Below are positions 1-11,514 of a stretch of DNA of 61,163 nucleotides, piece by piece; positions within the stretch are counted from its first letter, which is position 1, and every line of letters starts with the position of its first letter. The stretch spans positions 109,970,991-110,032,153 of the forward strand of contig NC_068987.1 of assembly GCF_001194135.2 (NCBI RefSeq). Reading direction: 5' to 3'. The position numbers and the translations under genes were made by a program. The notes beneath the pieces are model-generated. The model was not told the origin of the DNA, made no database searches, and worked only from the letters and a program-made list of their open reading frames with translations. The DNA comes from Octopus bimaculoides (taxonomy: Eukaryota).

Positions 1-36
<36 letters not shown>

Positions 37-104
37 CATATACATATATACATACATACACACACACACACACATATATATATACATATACACACACACA
101 TATG

Positions 105-142
<38 letters not shown>

Positions 143-292
143 CATACATTCATATAAACATACAAATATACATACATATATACATACATTCGTAGATATA
201 TACATAGAAATATACATACATATATACAAACATATATATACATATTTATACATATACATATATAAATATATATATATATATATACATCAATA
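1..292. repeat. Compound (TA)n/(TG)n/(CA)n microsatellite
   Basis: Directly visible. The same type of tract recurs many times in the window (e.g. 3200-3625, 6000-6450, 7830-8260, 21800-22560, 24120-24275, 25970-27130, 40880-41250, 44050-44560). Confidence 0.97.
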
Positions 293-489
293 CTAATGTC
301 AACTCCATTAGCTTACAGCTGTTTCTGCTATAAGAAGCTGTGCACTCAAGCCCTAAGCGAAATCATAAAATATAATAGTAGTAGTAGTAGTGGTGATGGT
401 GGTAGTAGTAGTAGAATTAGTAGTAGTGGTGGTGGTGGTGGTGGTGGCATTAATATTAGTTGTTGTCCTCATTATCAGCATTCATTCAA

Positions 490-706
490 GGCAGCGAGCT
501 GGCAGAACTGTTAGCACGCTCGGTGATATGCTGAGCGGTATTTTGCCTGTGTTTACGTTCTGAGTTCAAATTCCACCAAAGTCAGCTTTTGCTTTTCATC
601 CTTTCAGGGTCGATAAATTAAATACCAGTTGTGTACTAGGGTCGATCTAACCAACTGGCCACCTCCCCCAAAATTTCGGGCCTTGAGCCTCAAGTAGAAA
701 AGATTA
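490..706 (+). mobile_element. SINE family B, tail variant B1 (tRNA-like head plus conserved central domain)
   Basis: A-box-like TGGCAGAACTG and B-box GAGTTCAAATTCC, then gcttttcatcctttcagggtcgataaattaaataccag, then tail ...aaatttcgggccttg...agtagaaaagattat. The same layout is at 13160-13356 and 30420-30632. From memory the central domain resembles the Meta/MESC-type SINE domain (unverified). Confidence 0.9.
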
Positions 707-919
707 TCAGTATACATTCATTCATTGATTCACTTTCCCATGCTGAGATGGAGTTAATTTGAGGCAGATTTTTCCACAGCTGGGTGGTCTTTCCAAGCAA
801 GATGATATTTCCGCAGAAGACTTGGAAAGGAAAAACCTCCCTTGAAAGACAATGATGCACATTTACAGCCATAACTTGATGTCAAAACAAGACTACACAC
901 AAACACCCCACAACTATAT

Positions 920-954
<35 letters not shown>

Positions 955-1021
955 CACACATATATATANNNNNNNNNNNNNNATAGTTGTGGGGTGTTTG
1001 TATATATATATATATATATAT

Positions 1022-1114
1022 ATGCGTACAAGAAGGGATGACCACTGGGTCGTTGATGACATCTTTCTAGCATATTGGATGTCCACTTAGTTGGTCATCC
1101 CTTCTTATACGCAT
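1022..1114. repeat. Miniature inverted-repeat element / hairpin
   Basis: atgcgtacaagaagggatgacca (1022-1044) matches the reverse complement of tggtcatcccttcttatacgcat (1092-1114) at 22/23 positions, with a 47-bp spacer. Confidence 0.9.
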
Positions 1115-1210
1115 GTAATACAATTTTTCTGAATTATCAGATTTTGTCTATGCTAGACCACTGGTTTTAAATTGAAATTAATATTCAATTTATCACCCTC
1201 AGTATATATA

Positions 1211-1300
1211 TCTATATATATATATAAAAATGAAAATGTTTGTCTGTGTGTGTCTGTGTGCCGCCCTAAAACTCGAGAACTACACAACCAATTTCATTCA
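1211..1300 (+). mobile_element. Probable 5' end of a non-autonomous Helitron-like element
   Basis: Begins TCTATATATATATATAAAAATG, then a (TGTC/TG) microsatellite and aaactcgagaactacacaaccaatttcattcaa. This start pattern is typical of animal non-autonomous Helitrons (from memory). No 3' hairpin or CTRR end was identified. Confidence 0.5.
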
Positions 1301-1699
1301 AGGAATCCTATGATGGATACCTTTTATGTGTTTAAATGTACACTGTATTTATATATATAGATGGTTAGTTGAGTTAGAGGTTGAATAACCATCTAAGGGA
1401 TAAAAGGATTCTATACTACTGGTGTATTACCTATATTTAAACATGGGCAAAAATGTTATGCGCATAAATTATAGGTGAAGACGAGAATAAATAGGAGTTT
1501 AGCAGGAAGCAAAATTTAAAGAAAACAGAAAATGGAGATAACATTAATGAACAACAAGTGATCTGCATTAATTATTATTTATTAATAATTTACAAATAAT
1601 TTACAGATGCAGTCTTTTTGTAAATTATTAATAAATAATAATTGATGAAAATCAATTGTTGTCCATCAATGTTATCTCCATTTTCTGTTTTCTTTATAT

Positions 1700-1924
1700 A
1701 AAACAATTGCAGTGTGGAAGGTGTTTATAAGCCATTTAAAACACACAAAGACTGTTAGATTCACTTCAACATTTAAATTTAATTTGCCAAAATATTTTCG
1801 TCGCTTTGGGGCTGCGACCTATTCACTGATGAAATTCCGTGCTACATCTAACGGTTTTTTAAGTGAATCTAACAGTTTTTGTGTGTTTTAAATGGCTTAT
1901 AAGCACCTTCCATGCAATTGTTTT
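1700..1924. mobile_element. Palindromic MITE-like element with long arms
   Basis: 1718-1766 matches the reverse complement of 1861-1909 at 47/49 positions. The arms extend outward as aaaacaattgca...tgcaattgtttt. Confidence 0.85.
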
Positions 1925-1976
1925 CGTTCCAGCACACGATCTCAGATCAGGTCACTTGCTATGCAAGTACATCTCC

Positions 1977-2015
<39 letters not shown>

Positions 2016-2022
<7 letters not shown>

Positions 2023-2132
2023 GCTTCTTTCAGTTTCTATCTACTAAATCAACTTACAAGTCTTTGGTCATCCTGAAACTATAGTACAAGACACTTGGGC
2101 AAGGTGCTTCTTAAACCACACAGCCACACCTA
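2016..2132 (-). mobile_element. SINE family A, 5' fragment with internal deletion
   Basis: gggcttctttcagtttctatctactaaatc...gacacttgggcaaggtg matches the reverse complement of the family A head. Confidence 0.75.
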
Positions 2133-2454
2133 TTCCCCCCCACACCTATACATACACACACACACACACACACGCAGGCAGTCGTATCAATGTCTGAAAC
2201 ATCAAGATCTTCTTGAACCAAAAATTAAATTGTGTTTATCATAACACAAAAGAAACATACAACCCACCACCAATACCACCATGACCACCACTAAAAAAAC
2301 CGGAGACACAAAAAGATATTGTAAATATGAAATGTAGGAAAATACCATAGAAACGACTTTTAATCCCCACCACCCCCACCACCACCACACACACAAACAA
2401 ACAATGTTTTGGGTTAGTTCTTTGTTTTGTTGATCTAGTTCCATCTTGTTAGTC

Positions 2455-2660
2455 TGTTTAACTCTCAGACCATCTGTTGTGTCGTTCTGTCTGTCTGTCT
2501 AGCTTTTTGTCTGCATGATACTTGTCTGTCTACCTGTCTGTCAGTCAGTGTCTCTCTTTGTCTGTCTGTCTGTCTGTCCAGCTTTTTGTCTATATGATTC
2601 TTGTCTGTCTATCTGTCAGTCAGAGTCTCTCTTTGTCTGTCTGTCTGTCTGTCTCTTTTC
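2455..2660. repeat. Degenerate (TGTC)n tetranucleotide array
   Basis: Directly visible. Confidence 0.9.
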
Positions 2661-3269
2661 CTACATCTGCCAATCTGGATGTCCATTGAATGAATATTGC
2701 TTCTCTGAAACATTTGACAACAGATGTTTTTCTTTTCTTTATCCCTTTCTTTCTTTTTCCCTCCAGTGAAGGAGGTGGGGTGGGAGGTGGTGGTGACATC
2801 GTGGTGGGGTGCTGGTACCAGAGACATCTTCTTCACCTCTCTACAGCTACACATTCAGTGAGCCAATAACCAAACTTAGAAACATACCCACACAACAAAA
2901 GCAACAACAGACAAGAATGAGAATGGGTTGTGTGTGTGTGTGTGTGTATGTGCCACATATGTGTGTGTGTGCCACATGTGTGCCTGCACTCACTGAGTTC
3001 AAATTTCCTGTTTTACAATGTAATGTCTCCAAACTGAAAGATGACCGATTTCCAGCTCTTGAAAAGATCTAGCTTGAAATTTGTAAAGAAAACACACACA
3101 CGCACACTATGTAACTAACACACACACACATGTACACATAAGCAAACATATGTATGTGTGTGCGCACACATGAGTAAATGTGTGTGTGTGTATACATAGT
3201 TTGTTTAGGCGTATTCTATAACATGTATGCACATACATATTAATGATGATGGTGATGATATAAATATAT

Positions 3270-3302
<33 letters not shown>

Positions 3303-3580
3303 CATATAAATATATATACATATACATATATATATAAATATATATATACATATATAAATATATATATAAAAATTAATATATGACAAATTAAGTGAAGAAT
3401 ATGAACATGAAGAACTTTCTGGCTCATATTCTGATACCTCTTTGATCTGTTGCCTCCATCTTCTCCACTTTCCCATCTAGAGATAGGGAGTGGTGCGGGG
3501 GCAAGATAGTGCAGCTGGTGTTTGATAACCATAATTATACACACAAACACGCACGCACATATGTATGCATGTGACTATAA

Positions 3581-3624
<44 letters not shown>

Positions 3625-4344
3625 ATTTGACTTCCTGTTTGATCGAATGGTGGTGAGGGATGAATTAACACCCCCTTGCTCGCTTCTCCCACACCTGTGT
3701 AAGTATTCCACCCGAACCCCAAGCACCTTAAAGTATCCCTAATCATTTCGGGGTATAACCAAGGGAGAAGTGGGTAAAATGAATTTGATAGACATGTTAA
3801 AGAATCTTGGAACTGGGCAACTAGCGCACGAAGAGAGAGAGAGGGGGAGAAGTTGAGGGAGGGAGAGAGAGAAGTCGTGGGAGGGGGAGGAGTCGAGGGA
3901 GGGGGAGAGAGAGACAAAAGAGACCCAGAAGAAAGTGATGTCGTCAAGGGATCTAATTTCATGGAAGTAATTTTGGAAGAACCTTGAAGATAAAACAAAA
4001 TTCCGTTGCAAATGGGGACGGTGGGGATATTGACCTCATTGCCCCACATCTGTAAGCTTGAGTTGGGGTGCTGATAGTTGTGCGCCATATAACCCGTTAA
4101 TATTTTTCATCTGTTGTGGTCATCGTTAGGATAGTCTTGATGGCCTCTGACCAAACAGATCAATGACCATGACCTATAAGTTTGTCAGAGCCAATCTGAT
4201 GTGTAAAGCAGTGGATTGCGTTACCCAATCGCCACCACTGCCACCACCATCATCCTCAGCAGCACCGTCACAGTTGTTGTCGTCATCATCCTCGTTACCA
4301 TCACTATTTTCACCACCATTATCAGCATCATCATCCCCACCCTC

Positions 4345-4560
4345 ATCACATCATTATTGCTTAATGTCCACTTTTCCTTGCTTGTATGGGTCAGACAGAA
4401 TTTGTTGAGGTAGATTTTCTACAGTTGGATGCCCTTCCTGTCACCAACCCTTACCTGTTTCTAAGCAAGGAGACAATTGCTCCCATTGGTCAGAAGTGTT
4501 TTTCCACTGAAGACTGGAGATGAAGGACAGTTCTCATATGATGGTCTCATACTTGAGACC
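4345..4560 (-). mobile_element. Family D short element (RTE-type 3' tail, long variant)
   Basis: tttctacagttggatgcccttcctgtcaccaacccttacctgtttctaagcaagg. Related copies are at 5440-5570(-), 7040-7200(+), 11118-11440(-) and 41530-41690(-). Confidence 0.75.
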
Positions 4561-5072
4561 TGGTCAGTAGTTGACCCTTTATGTAAAAAAAAATGTGTTA
4601 CTGTCTGGGAGATATTCATGGCAGCTGAAAAGGTATTTTAACTCCAATTTCTAAATTCGGTGCATGGCTAAGCAATTAGCTGATCCCTGATTATAATTTA
4701 TATATATATATAGAGAGAGAGAGAGGTATATGATAGAATTGCTTCAATATTTCAGGGATAGTCTGAAGTATCTAAGCAACCCGGGGATAGTTGAATCCGA
4801 AAGCACTCTTGGAGATTACTTGTGTGGGTACCATCTTTGTTAGAAGGTATCCAGAGGCAGGTAATTTATCGTTTAAACCGCAGTTTATAATTATAATTAA
4901 GTGGAGAATGGAGAAACAAGCACAAAAAGCAAGTCAATTGGGCTAGTTAGCCATTGATTTAATTATGTGGAGATTATATAATGAGTCATTTACATACGTT
5001 TCAATGTGCCAAATGGTTTGGCAGATCTCTTCAGAATGTTGAGAAGTATGTTAAAGTTCATGGTGTGAGAGA

Positions 5073-5292
5073 TAAGGAGCTGCTGGCTGGAAAGTTCCTC
5101 ACTTTAAGGGTATTGTGAAAGGCCTGATTGGAGGTCCAACCTTTCGAGTTCTTTCATAGGGCCTAGAAAAACTGAAGGACCGCTGCAACAAGTGTGTGAA
5201 TCTGAGAGGGGAATATGTTGAATAAAATCACAATCAACCGATCGTCCTGTATTTTCTTTTGCCCAAAGCTGGGAACCTTTCAGCACCTCCAT
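5073..5292 (+). mobile_element. Mariner-derived MITE retaining the transposase C-terminus
   Basis: 5160-5225 reads GLEKLKDRCNKCVNLRGEYVE*, matching the mariner C-terminal pattern GIxKLxxRWxKCxxxxGxYVE. The ends are TIR-like (aggagctgctg..gaaagttcct / ctgggaacctttcagcacctc). A partial second copy is at 19770-19882. Confidence 0.8.
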
Positions 5293-6225
5293 ATAGTTGC
5301 AAATGTTTACATTCTAAGTTTAGGGTCTATCGACATGCAACAAGCAATGCTCATTATACTTCTAGGACTTGATAGCATAGAGTACCAGTCAGATACTGGG
5401 GTTGAGGGAATTGTCATCATAATTGTTTCAATGTCCACTTTCCCAGGTTGGTGTGGGGGCAGATGGAATGTGCTGTGGTGGGTCTTCTTTCGCCAGACGC
5501 CCATCCTGCTTCCAACTCTCACCTGTTTCCAAAAAGAAGGTAACATTTCCCAATGGCCAGAGGTGTTTATATGCGATATAGGTGTGTGTGTGGGGGGGGG
5601 GCAGTATGTTTGGTGGCAGGGGTGGTTGGTGCCACATGTGGACACAGGGGTGAATTATTTAGGATTTAGGAGATGGTTAGCAGCAGGTGGAGGGAGTGGA
5701 GGGCTATGAGAGGGAGGGAGAGAGGGGAGACAGATAGAGAGTGAGGGAATGAGGGGGAGGGAGAGAGAGAGAGAGAAATAAAGAGCATTTGTAACATCAC
5801 TGGCAAAAGTGGTCATGGCAAAATGTTGGTGGTGGTGGTGTGCTTATGTAGTAGTGGTGGTGGTGGTGTTAACACAATCATAATACTACTAAAAAAAAAA
5901 CAAAAAAAACAAAAGAAACAAAATTTATATTTTTCCATATTGTTTTTTTCTGTTTATGTTTTAAAAATACTTCAGCTGGTTTCAATCAGACGATCTCACA
6001 CACACACACACACACACAAACCTACAACACATATATTCATACATGTGTGCATTTATATATGCACATACACACAGACATTTAAGTATGCACAGATGTGTGT
6101 ATTACACATGTATATGAACACATGAAAAGATGCATATGTATATGTGTGCGTGTAAATACACACATATATATATATATATATACACACACAAATGTTCACA
6201 TGAATATATGCACCANNNNNNNNNN

Positions 6226-6284
<59 letters not shown>

Positions 6285-6733
6285 CATGCACACATACATA
6301 TATACACATGCACACACACACGCACGTATATTCCCATACATAAGACAAACATATGCACAAAAATACACAATTACATAGATACATTCACATACAACATAGA
6401 ACACAAACTCACACAAGAACATTATGAAATACACACACACACACACTGTATAATTATGAGAAGATAAATTGTTATATTAGCAGAAATGACTGCAGCAGTC
6501 TGACACATGTAATATCTCACATGTGGTACACATGTGTAGCTAGATGTTGGTGGCCACATGGTAGAAAGAAAGAAGGAAGTGGGGAGAGAGGAGAAGAGAG
6601 AGAGAGTGCATGTGTGTGTGTGTCTATGAATTAAACACAAGCTAACGAAGGTGCCTTTGCACGAAGTGTCTCCTAATATAGACCCATTCTGACCAAGTCT
6701 TGTGAGAAGATTTGGTAGAAAGAAACTGAAAAA

Positions 6734-6954
6734 AGGTGGTAAGCTGGCAGAAACGTTAGCATGCTGGGCGAAATGCTTGGCGGTATTTCGTCTGGAGTTC
6801 AAATTCCGCTGAGGTCGACTTTGCTTTTCATCCTTTCAGGGTCGATAAATTAAGTACCAGTTACGCACTGGGGTTGATGTAATCGACTTAATACTTTTGT
6901 CTGTCCTTGTTTGTCCCCTCTGTGTGTAGCCCCTGGGGGCAATAAAGAAATAAG
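6734..6954 (+). mobile_element. SINE family B, tail variant B2
   Basis: Head and central domain as in B1, but the tail is ttgtctgtccttgtttgtcccctc...gggcaataaagaaataag. The same tail is at 12924-13159. Confidence 0.9.
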
Positions 6955-7384
6955 AAACTGGAAAAAGTCCATCGTACAGTATATACATGTTTGGGTGAAT
7001 GTGTGCACTTCTGTGCATGTGTGTGTGCATGAGTGTGGGTCTCCATGATTTGACATCACATGATAGTTGTAAATGAGTGTCCTTGTCATACATGTGGTGT
7101 TGTTTGTTTCCAATCTTCCACGAGAACAGATCTGGTCTGGTCTGGTCATGAGGAAACATTAACTTGCTTGGAGGCAGGTGAGGGCTGACCACAGGAGGGG
7201 CCAAAAAATATCTGCCTCAATAAATACCATTGGCCGCATGCAAACATGAAGAAGTGGGCATTAAAAAATAACGATGATATCAGGGCATAATTTGAGGGAG
7301 GTTTGGCTACTATTACTAACAAGCCATGCACAGATGTAGATGTCCCTTTAATGGTTTCGCTAGCAGAGGGACCAAAATTCATTA

Positions 7385-7553
7385 TTTTGTAGCTTTTGTG
7401 ATTTCAATACCAGCTTTCGAGATTTCAATAATGTGATTGCTTATTTTTAGAATAACATTGTAGGGTAGGTGTGAAAGGCTGGATCTGGTCAGTCTGAACA
7501 TAAACCAGGTAGAATATTTGGACTGGATATAACTGGTTTAGATGCTAAAGTGT
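7385..7553 (+). mobile_element. TTAA-type (piggyBac-like) MITE, 3' part (family F)
   Basis: tagggtaggtgtgaaaggctggatctggtcagtctgaacataaaccaggtagaatatttggactggat...atgctaaag is shared with 51831-52029 and 29160-29312. Confidence 0.75.
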
Positions 7554-8090
7554 TCATAACAGAATATAAGGCCACACTTCTCATTCAATAAAAACAAACA
7601 GGATTTAACATCAACCGAAAATGTATTCCGTTCTTTAAATGTGACATTTGAGGTCATTTAGTTGGAATTTTTATATTTATTTATTTATTTACTTGTGTGT
7701 ATGTGTGTGTAGGTGGAGGGAGGAGGCTGTTCTTTTTTTTTCTTGTTGTTACTGCTGTTGTTTTTCTAGTATTTTTAATTTACTACTACAAGTGACACTG
7801 TGTAATTTTCATTACTCTGACACTAAATTGACACTAATTTATAAGTGTTTGTATGTATGCGTGTGAATGTGTGGATAGGTGTGCATGTGTGTGTGTGTGT
7901 GTGTGCATACAAAATGTGAATACGTGAGAGCAATTGTCTATTTTAATTTCCCATTCTATTAAAGGTATTAAATTAATAAAGAGGTGTGTATGTGTGTTTG
8001 TGTATTTATATGCATGTATATGCCTATACATATTTATGCATGTGCATGTATACGTGTGTGTATGTCTACACATATGTATGTGTACATACA

Positions 8091-8134
<44 letters not shown>

Positions 8135-8914
8135 TGTATTTGTGTGTGTGTTATATGTAGTATGTGTGTATATATATATCCATACATACATATATATATA
8201 TATGTATGTATGTGCATACATAATGTATGTGTTTGTGTTTATGTACTCATGTATATAAATAACCATTTTTAATATCGTTAAAATAATGGAAAAATTATTA
8301 TTACTCTTTCAGTATTATATTTTAGCAGAAACACAAATTTTACTGTCATTGTGCTATTAGTAACCTGATAATAACAATAATGACATTCTAGAACACAGCA
8401 ACAATAACAAATATCATTCCTATAAAGACGATGACAACAAAGATTAGGAACACTTCAAGAACAACAAAAATAACAAAGTCTCCAGCTATCATCCTTTTAG
8501 ACTCATTATAGAAAATTGAAATCTTAATGAAGTTTTAGGACAGTTTTTTTTTTCTAATTTTCTTAAAATTGATTATTATATTGCTGTTTCCTTATATTTG
8601 TTACTTTGTTTCAGTTATTTTCCCACAGTTCGGCTTTTAAACATGTAGCTGCTTTGAACAAGAAAAACAAAGCAGAGCATAGGCGAGTGGGTGGTTGCCT
8701 GGTTAATGTGTTTGCTTGACAACTGTATGGTCCTGGGTTTAGTTCTGCTGAGCTGACTGGAACTTTAGGGAAATGACTTTTATTCTATTATAAGCAGTGG
8801 TTCTCAGTCAGGGTCCATGTAAGACTTTGTTGAAATTTATATGAAATGAAATGGTTTTATTTCTACAATGCACCTAATATTAAAATATGTTTTTTTATAC
8901 AATTCCTAATAATC

Positions 8915-9325
8915 ATAGGTGCAGGAATGGCTGTGTGGTAAGTAGCTTGTTTACCAACCACATGGTTACGGGTTCAGTCCCACTGCATGGCACATTGGGT
9001 AAGTGTCTTCTACTATAGCCAAAGGCTGACCAAAGCCTTGTGAGTGGATTTGGTAGACGGAGATTGAAAGAAGCCCGTCGTATATATGTATATATGTGTG
9101 TGTGTGTGTGTGTGTATGTTTGTGTGTCTGTGTTTGTCCCCCCAACATCGCTTGACAACCGATGCTGGTGTGTTTACGTCTCCGTAACTTAACGGTTCGG
9201 CAAAAGTGACCGATGGAATAGTACTAGGCTTACAAAGAATAAGTCCTGGGGTTGATTTGCTCAACTAAAAGCGGTGCTCCAGCATGGTCGCAGTCAAATG
9301 ACTGAAACAAGTAAAAGAGTAAAGA
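8915..9325 (+). mobile_element. SINE family A, full length
   Basis: Head TGGCTGTGTGG...GGGTTCAGTCCC, internal (TA)(TG) tract, 3' part ending ccagcatgg...actgaaacaagtaaaagagt. The 7-bp sequence aataatc flanks it on both sides (8908-8914, 9326-9332), consistent with a TSD. Confidence 0.93.
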
Positions 9326-9347
9326 AATAATCCATTTTACTTGAGTC

Positions 9348-9541
9348 GCAAAGCCTGAAATTTACAGGTAGGGGATCAGTTAATTACATCAACCCCAGTG
9401 CTCAGCTAGTACTTAATTTATCAACCCCAAAAAGATGAATGACAAAGGCAGAAGTCAACCTTGGTGGAATTTGAACTCAGAAGGCAATGATAGACAAAAT
9501 ACCAGTAGGTATTTTGTCCAGCAGGCTAATGATTCTACCTG
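9348..9541 (-). mobile_element. SINE family B, diverged
   Basis: Reverse complement of the B central domain (gtacttaatttatcaacccc...ggaatttgaactcagaa). Similar diverged minus-strand copies are at 10094-10225 and 23870-24000. Confidence 0.8.
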
Positions 9542-9796
9542 TTTAATTCTAAAAATATAATAGGATACTTTAAACCTCAAATTGATATAGGGAGTCCATC
9601 CGATTAAAATATAAATCAAAGGGGTTTGTAGGCAGAAATTGGTTGAGAACCACTGTGTATAGCCTTGGGCTGGATTGATCCATACTTTGTGAGTGGAATT
9701 TGGTACACAGACAATGCGCATTTGAGGTGGTTTCATGGCAAATAAGTCGAAAGGTAAGCTATAAATCAGCACGAACTTTCCTGGACAACCCAATAC

Positions 9797-10050
9797 TTTA
9801 AATATAACAAAGAATTTAGTAAAATAACTTAGTTATCATTCAGCTAGTGATAGGAACATAAATAGTTACTAAGGTTTGGTGGAAGATTTTAATTCAAAAC
9901 TTATGCAAACAAGACATTTGTACTCAGAGCCAGAGCTGGTTTCAGCTGGGTTGGTAACGAAAGGGTTAATGATAGCTAAGATATTTTACCAAATTCTTTG
10001 TTATATTTGAAATGAATTGAAAGAAACACGGAGCATCTCAACAGAAATAC
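9797..10050. mobile_element. Rearranged TTAA-type MITE fragment with internal inversion
   Basis: Contains the terminus-like ...gtaacgaaagggttaa. 9797-9840 matches the reverse complement of 9968-10011 at 40/44 positions. Confidence 0.6.
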
Positions 10051-11117
10051 AGTTTGAGTGGGAGGGATTTGTCAATACAATCAACCACAGTATGTCGTTG
10101 GTACTTTATTTTACCAGTCCCACAAGATGACAGGCAAAGTTGACTTTAGCTGGATTTGAACTCAGAATGCAAAGAACACGAACAACTGTTGCAAAATATT
10201 TTTACCAAGAATTCTGCCACTCTACTGCACTCGTAATCACGGTTTCTTTTATTGGTCACAAAGGGTCCAAGACATTGGGGGATGGTAAGAGGATGATAAG
10301 CAGGAAGAGTGGGGGTAGGAGTGAGGTCTCCATTGGCTTAAAAAAAATGGAGACAAAGTCAGCAACAGATCAATTTAAACTTTACACAATAGGTACAACC
10401 TAGTGTTGTGCGCGCGTGTGTGTGTATGCATGTGTGCGTGTGTACGTATGTATGTATATATANNNNNNNNNNNNNNNNNNNNNNNNNNNNNNNNNNNNNN
10501 NNNNNNNNNNNNNNNNNNNNNNNNNNNNNNNNNNNNNNNNNNNNNNNNNNNNNNNNNNNNNNNNNNNNNNNNNNNNNNNNNNNNNNNNNNNNNNNNNNNN
10601 NNNNNNNNNNNNNNNNNNNNNNNNNNNNNNNNNNNNNNNNNNNNNNNNNNNNNNNNNNNNNNNNNNNNNNNNNNNNNNNNNNNNNNNNNNNNNNNNNNNN
10701 NNNNNNNNNNNNNNNNNNNNNNNNNNNNNNNNNNNNNNNNNNNNNNNNNNNNNNNNNNNNNNNNNNNNNNNNNNNNNNNNNNNNNNNNNNNNNNNNNNNN
10801 NNNNNNNNNNNNNNNNNNNNNNNNNNNNNNNNNNNNNNNNNNNNNNNNNNNNNNNNNNNNNNNNNNNNNNNNNNNNNNNNNNNNNNNNNNNNNNNNNNNN
10901 NNNNNNNNNNNNNNNNNNNNNNNNNNNNNNNNNNNNNNNNNNNNNNNNNNNNNNNNNNNNNNNNNNNNNNNNNNNNNNNNNNNAGAGAGAGAGAGAGAGA
11001 GAGAAAGAGTGGCAAGAAGGCAGAAAAGAAAGAAGTGAAGGAAAATGGAAAAAAAAAAAAATAAATAAGGATGACAGCGGGGAAAAGAAAATGAAGAAGT
11101 AGTGGAAGAAAGGCACA

Positions 11118-11440
11118 CCATCATCATCATCACCATCGTCATCGTCATCATCATCGTCATCATCATCATCATCATTATCATCATTGTCATGATCATATCT
11201 TTCTTTTTTCCATGCTTGCATGGGTCGGATGGATGGATGGAGTTTACGGATGCAGACTGTCTATAGCTGGATACCCTTCCTGTTGCTAACCCTCACCTGC
11301 TTCCAAGCAGGGTAATGCTTCCCTGTCAATAGACATGTTTTGATAGAAATATTGGAAACAAACAACACTGCTTGTATGGAGGTGATGCTTATTTACAACC
11401 GTCACACAATGTCAAGGCAAGGGCAGACACACGCACACAA
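11118..11440 (-). mobile_element. Family D element with (GAT)n tail
   Basis: (CAT)n run, then ccatgcttgcatgggtcgga...ctggatacccttcctgttgctaacc... Confidence 0.8.
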
Positions 11441-11514
11441 TTTTACATGATAGGCTTCCCTCAGTTTCCATCTGCAAAATCCACTAACAAGGATGGAAAG
11501 TAAAAAAGGGTTCC

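Larger units (their letters stand above)
8795..9655 (+). mobile_element. hAT-type MITE interrupted by two SINEs
   Basis: Terminal inverted repeats CAGTGGTTCTCA (8795) and TGAGAACCACTG (ending 9655). A second, more degenerate copy of the internal sequence is at about 14020-14320. No clear 8-bp TSD. Confidence 0.75.

Noticed and set aside
899-1001. Perfect 19-bp inverted repeat (899-917 / 983-1001) across a 14-N gap
   Set aside because: It straddles a gap inside a microsatellite, so it is most likely a contig-end orientation artefact. Long reads would be needed to rescue it.
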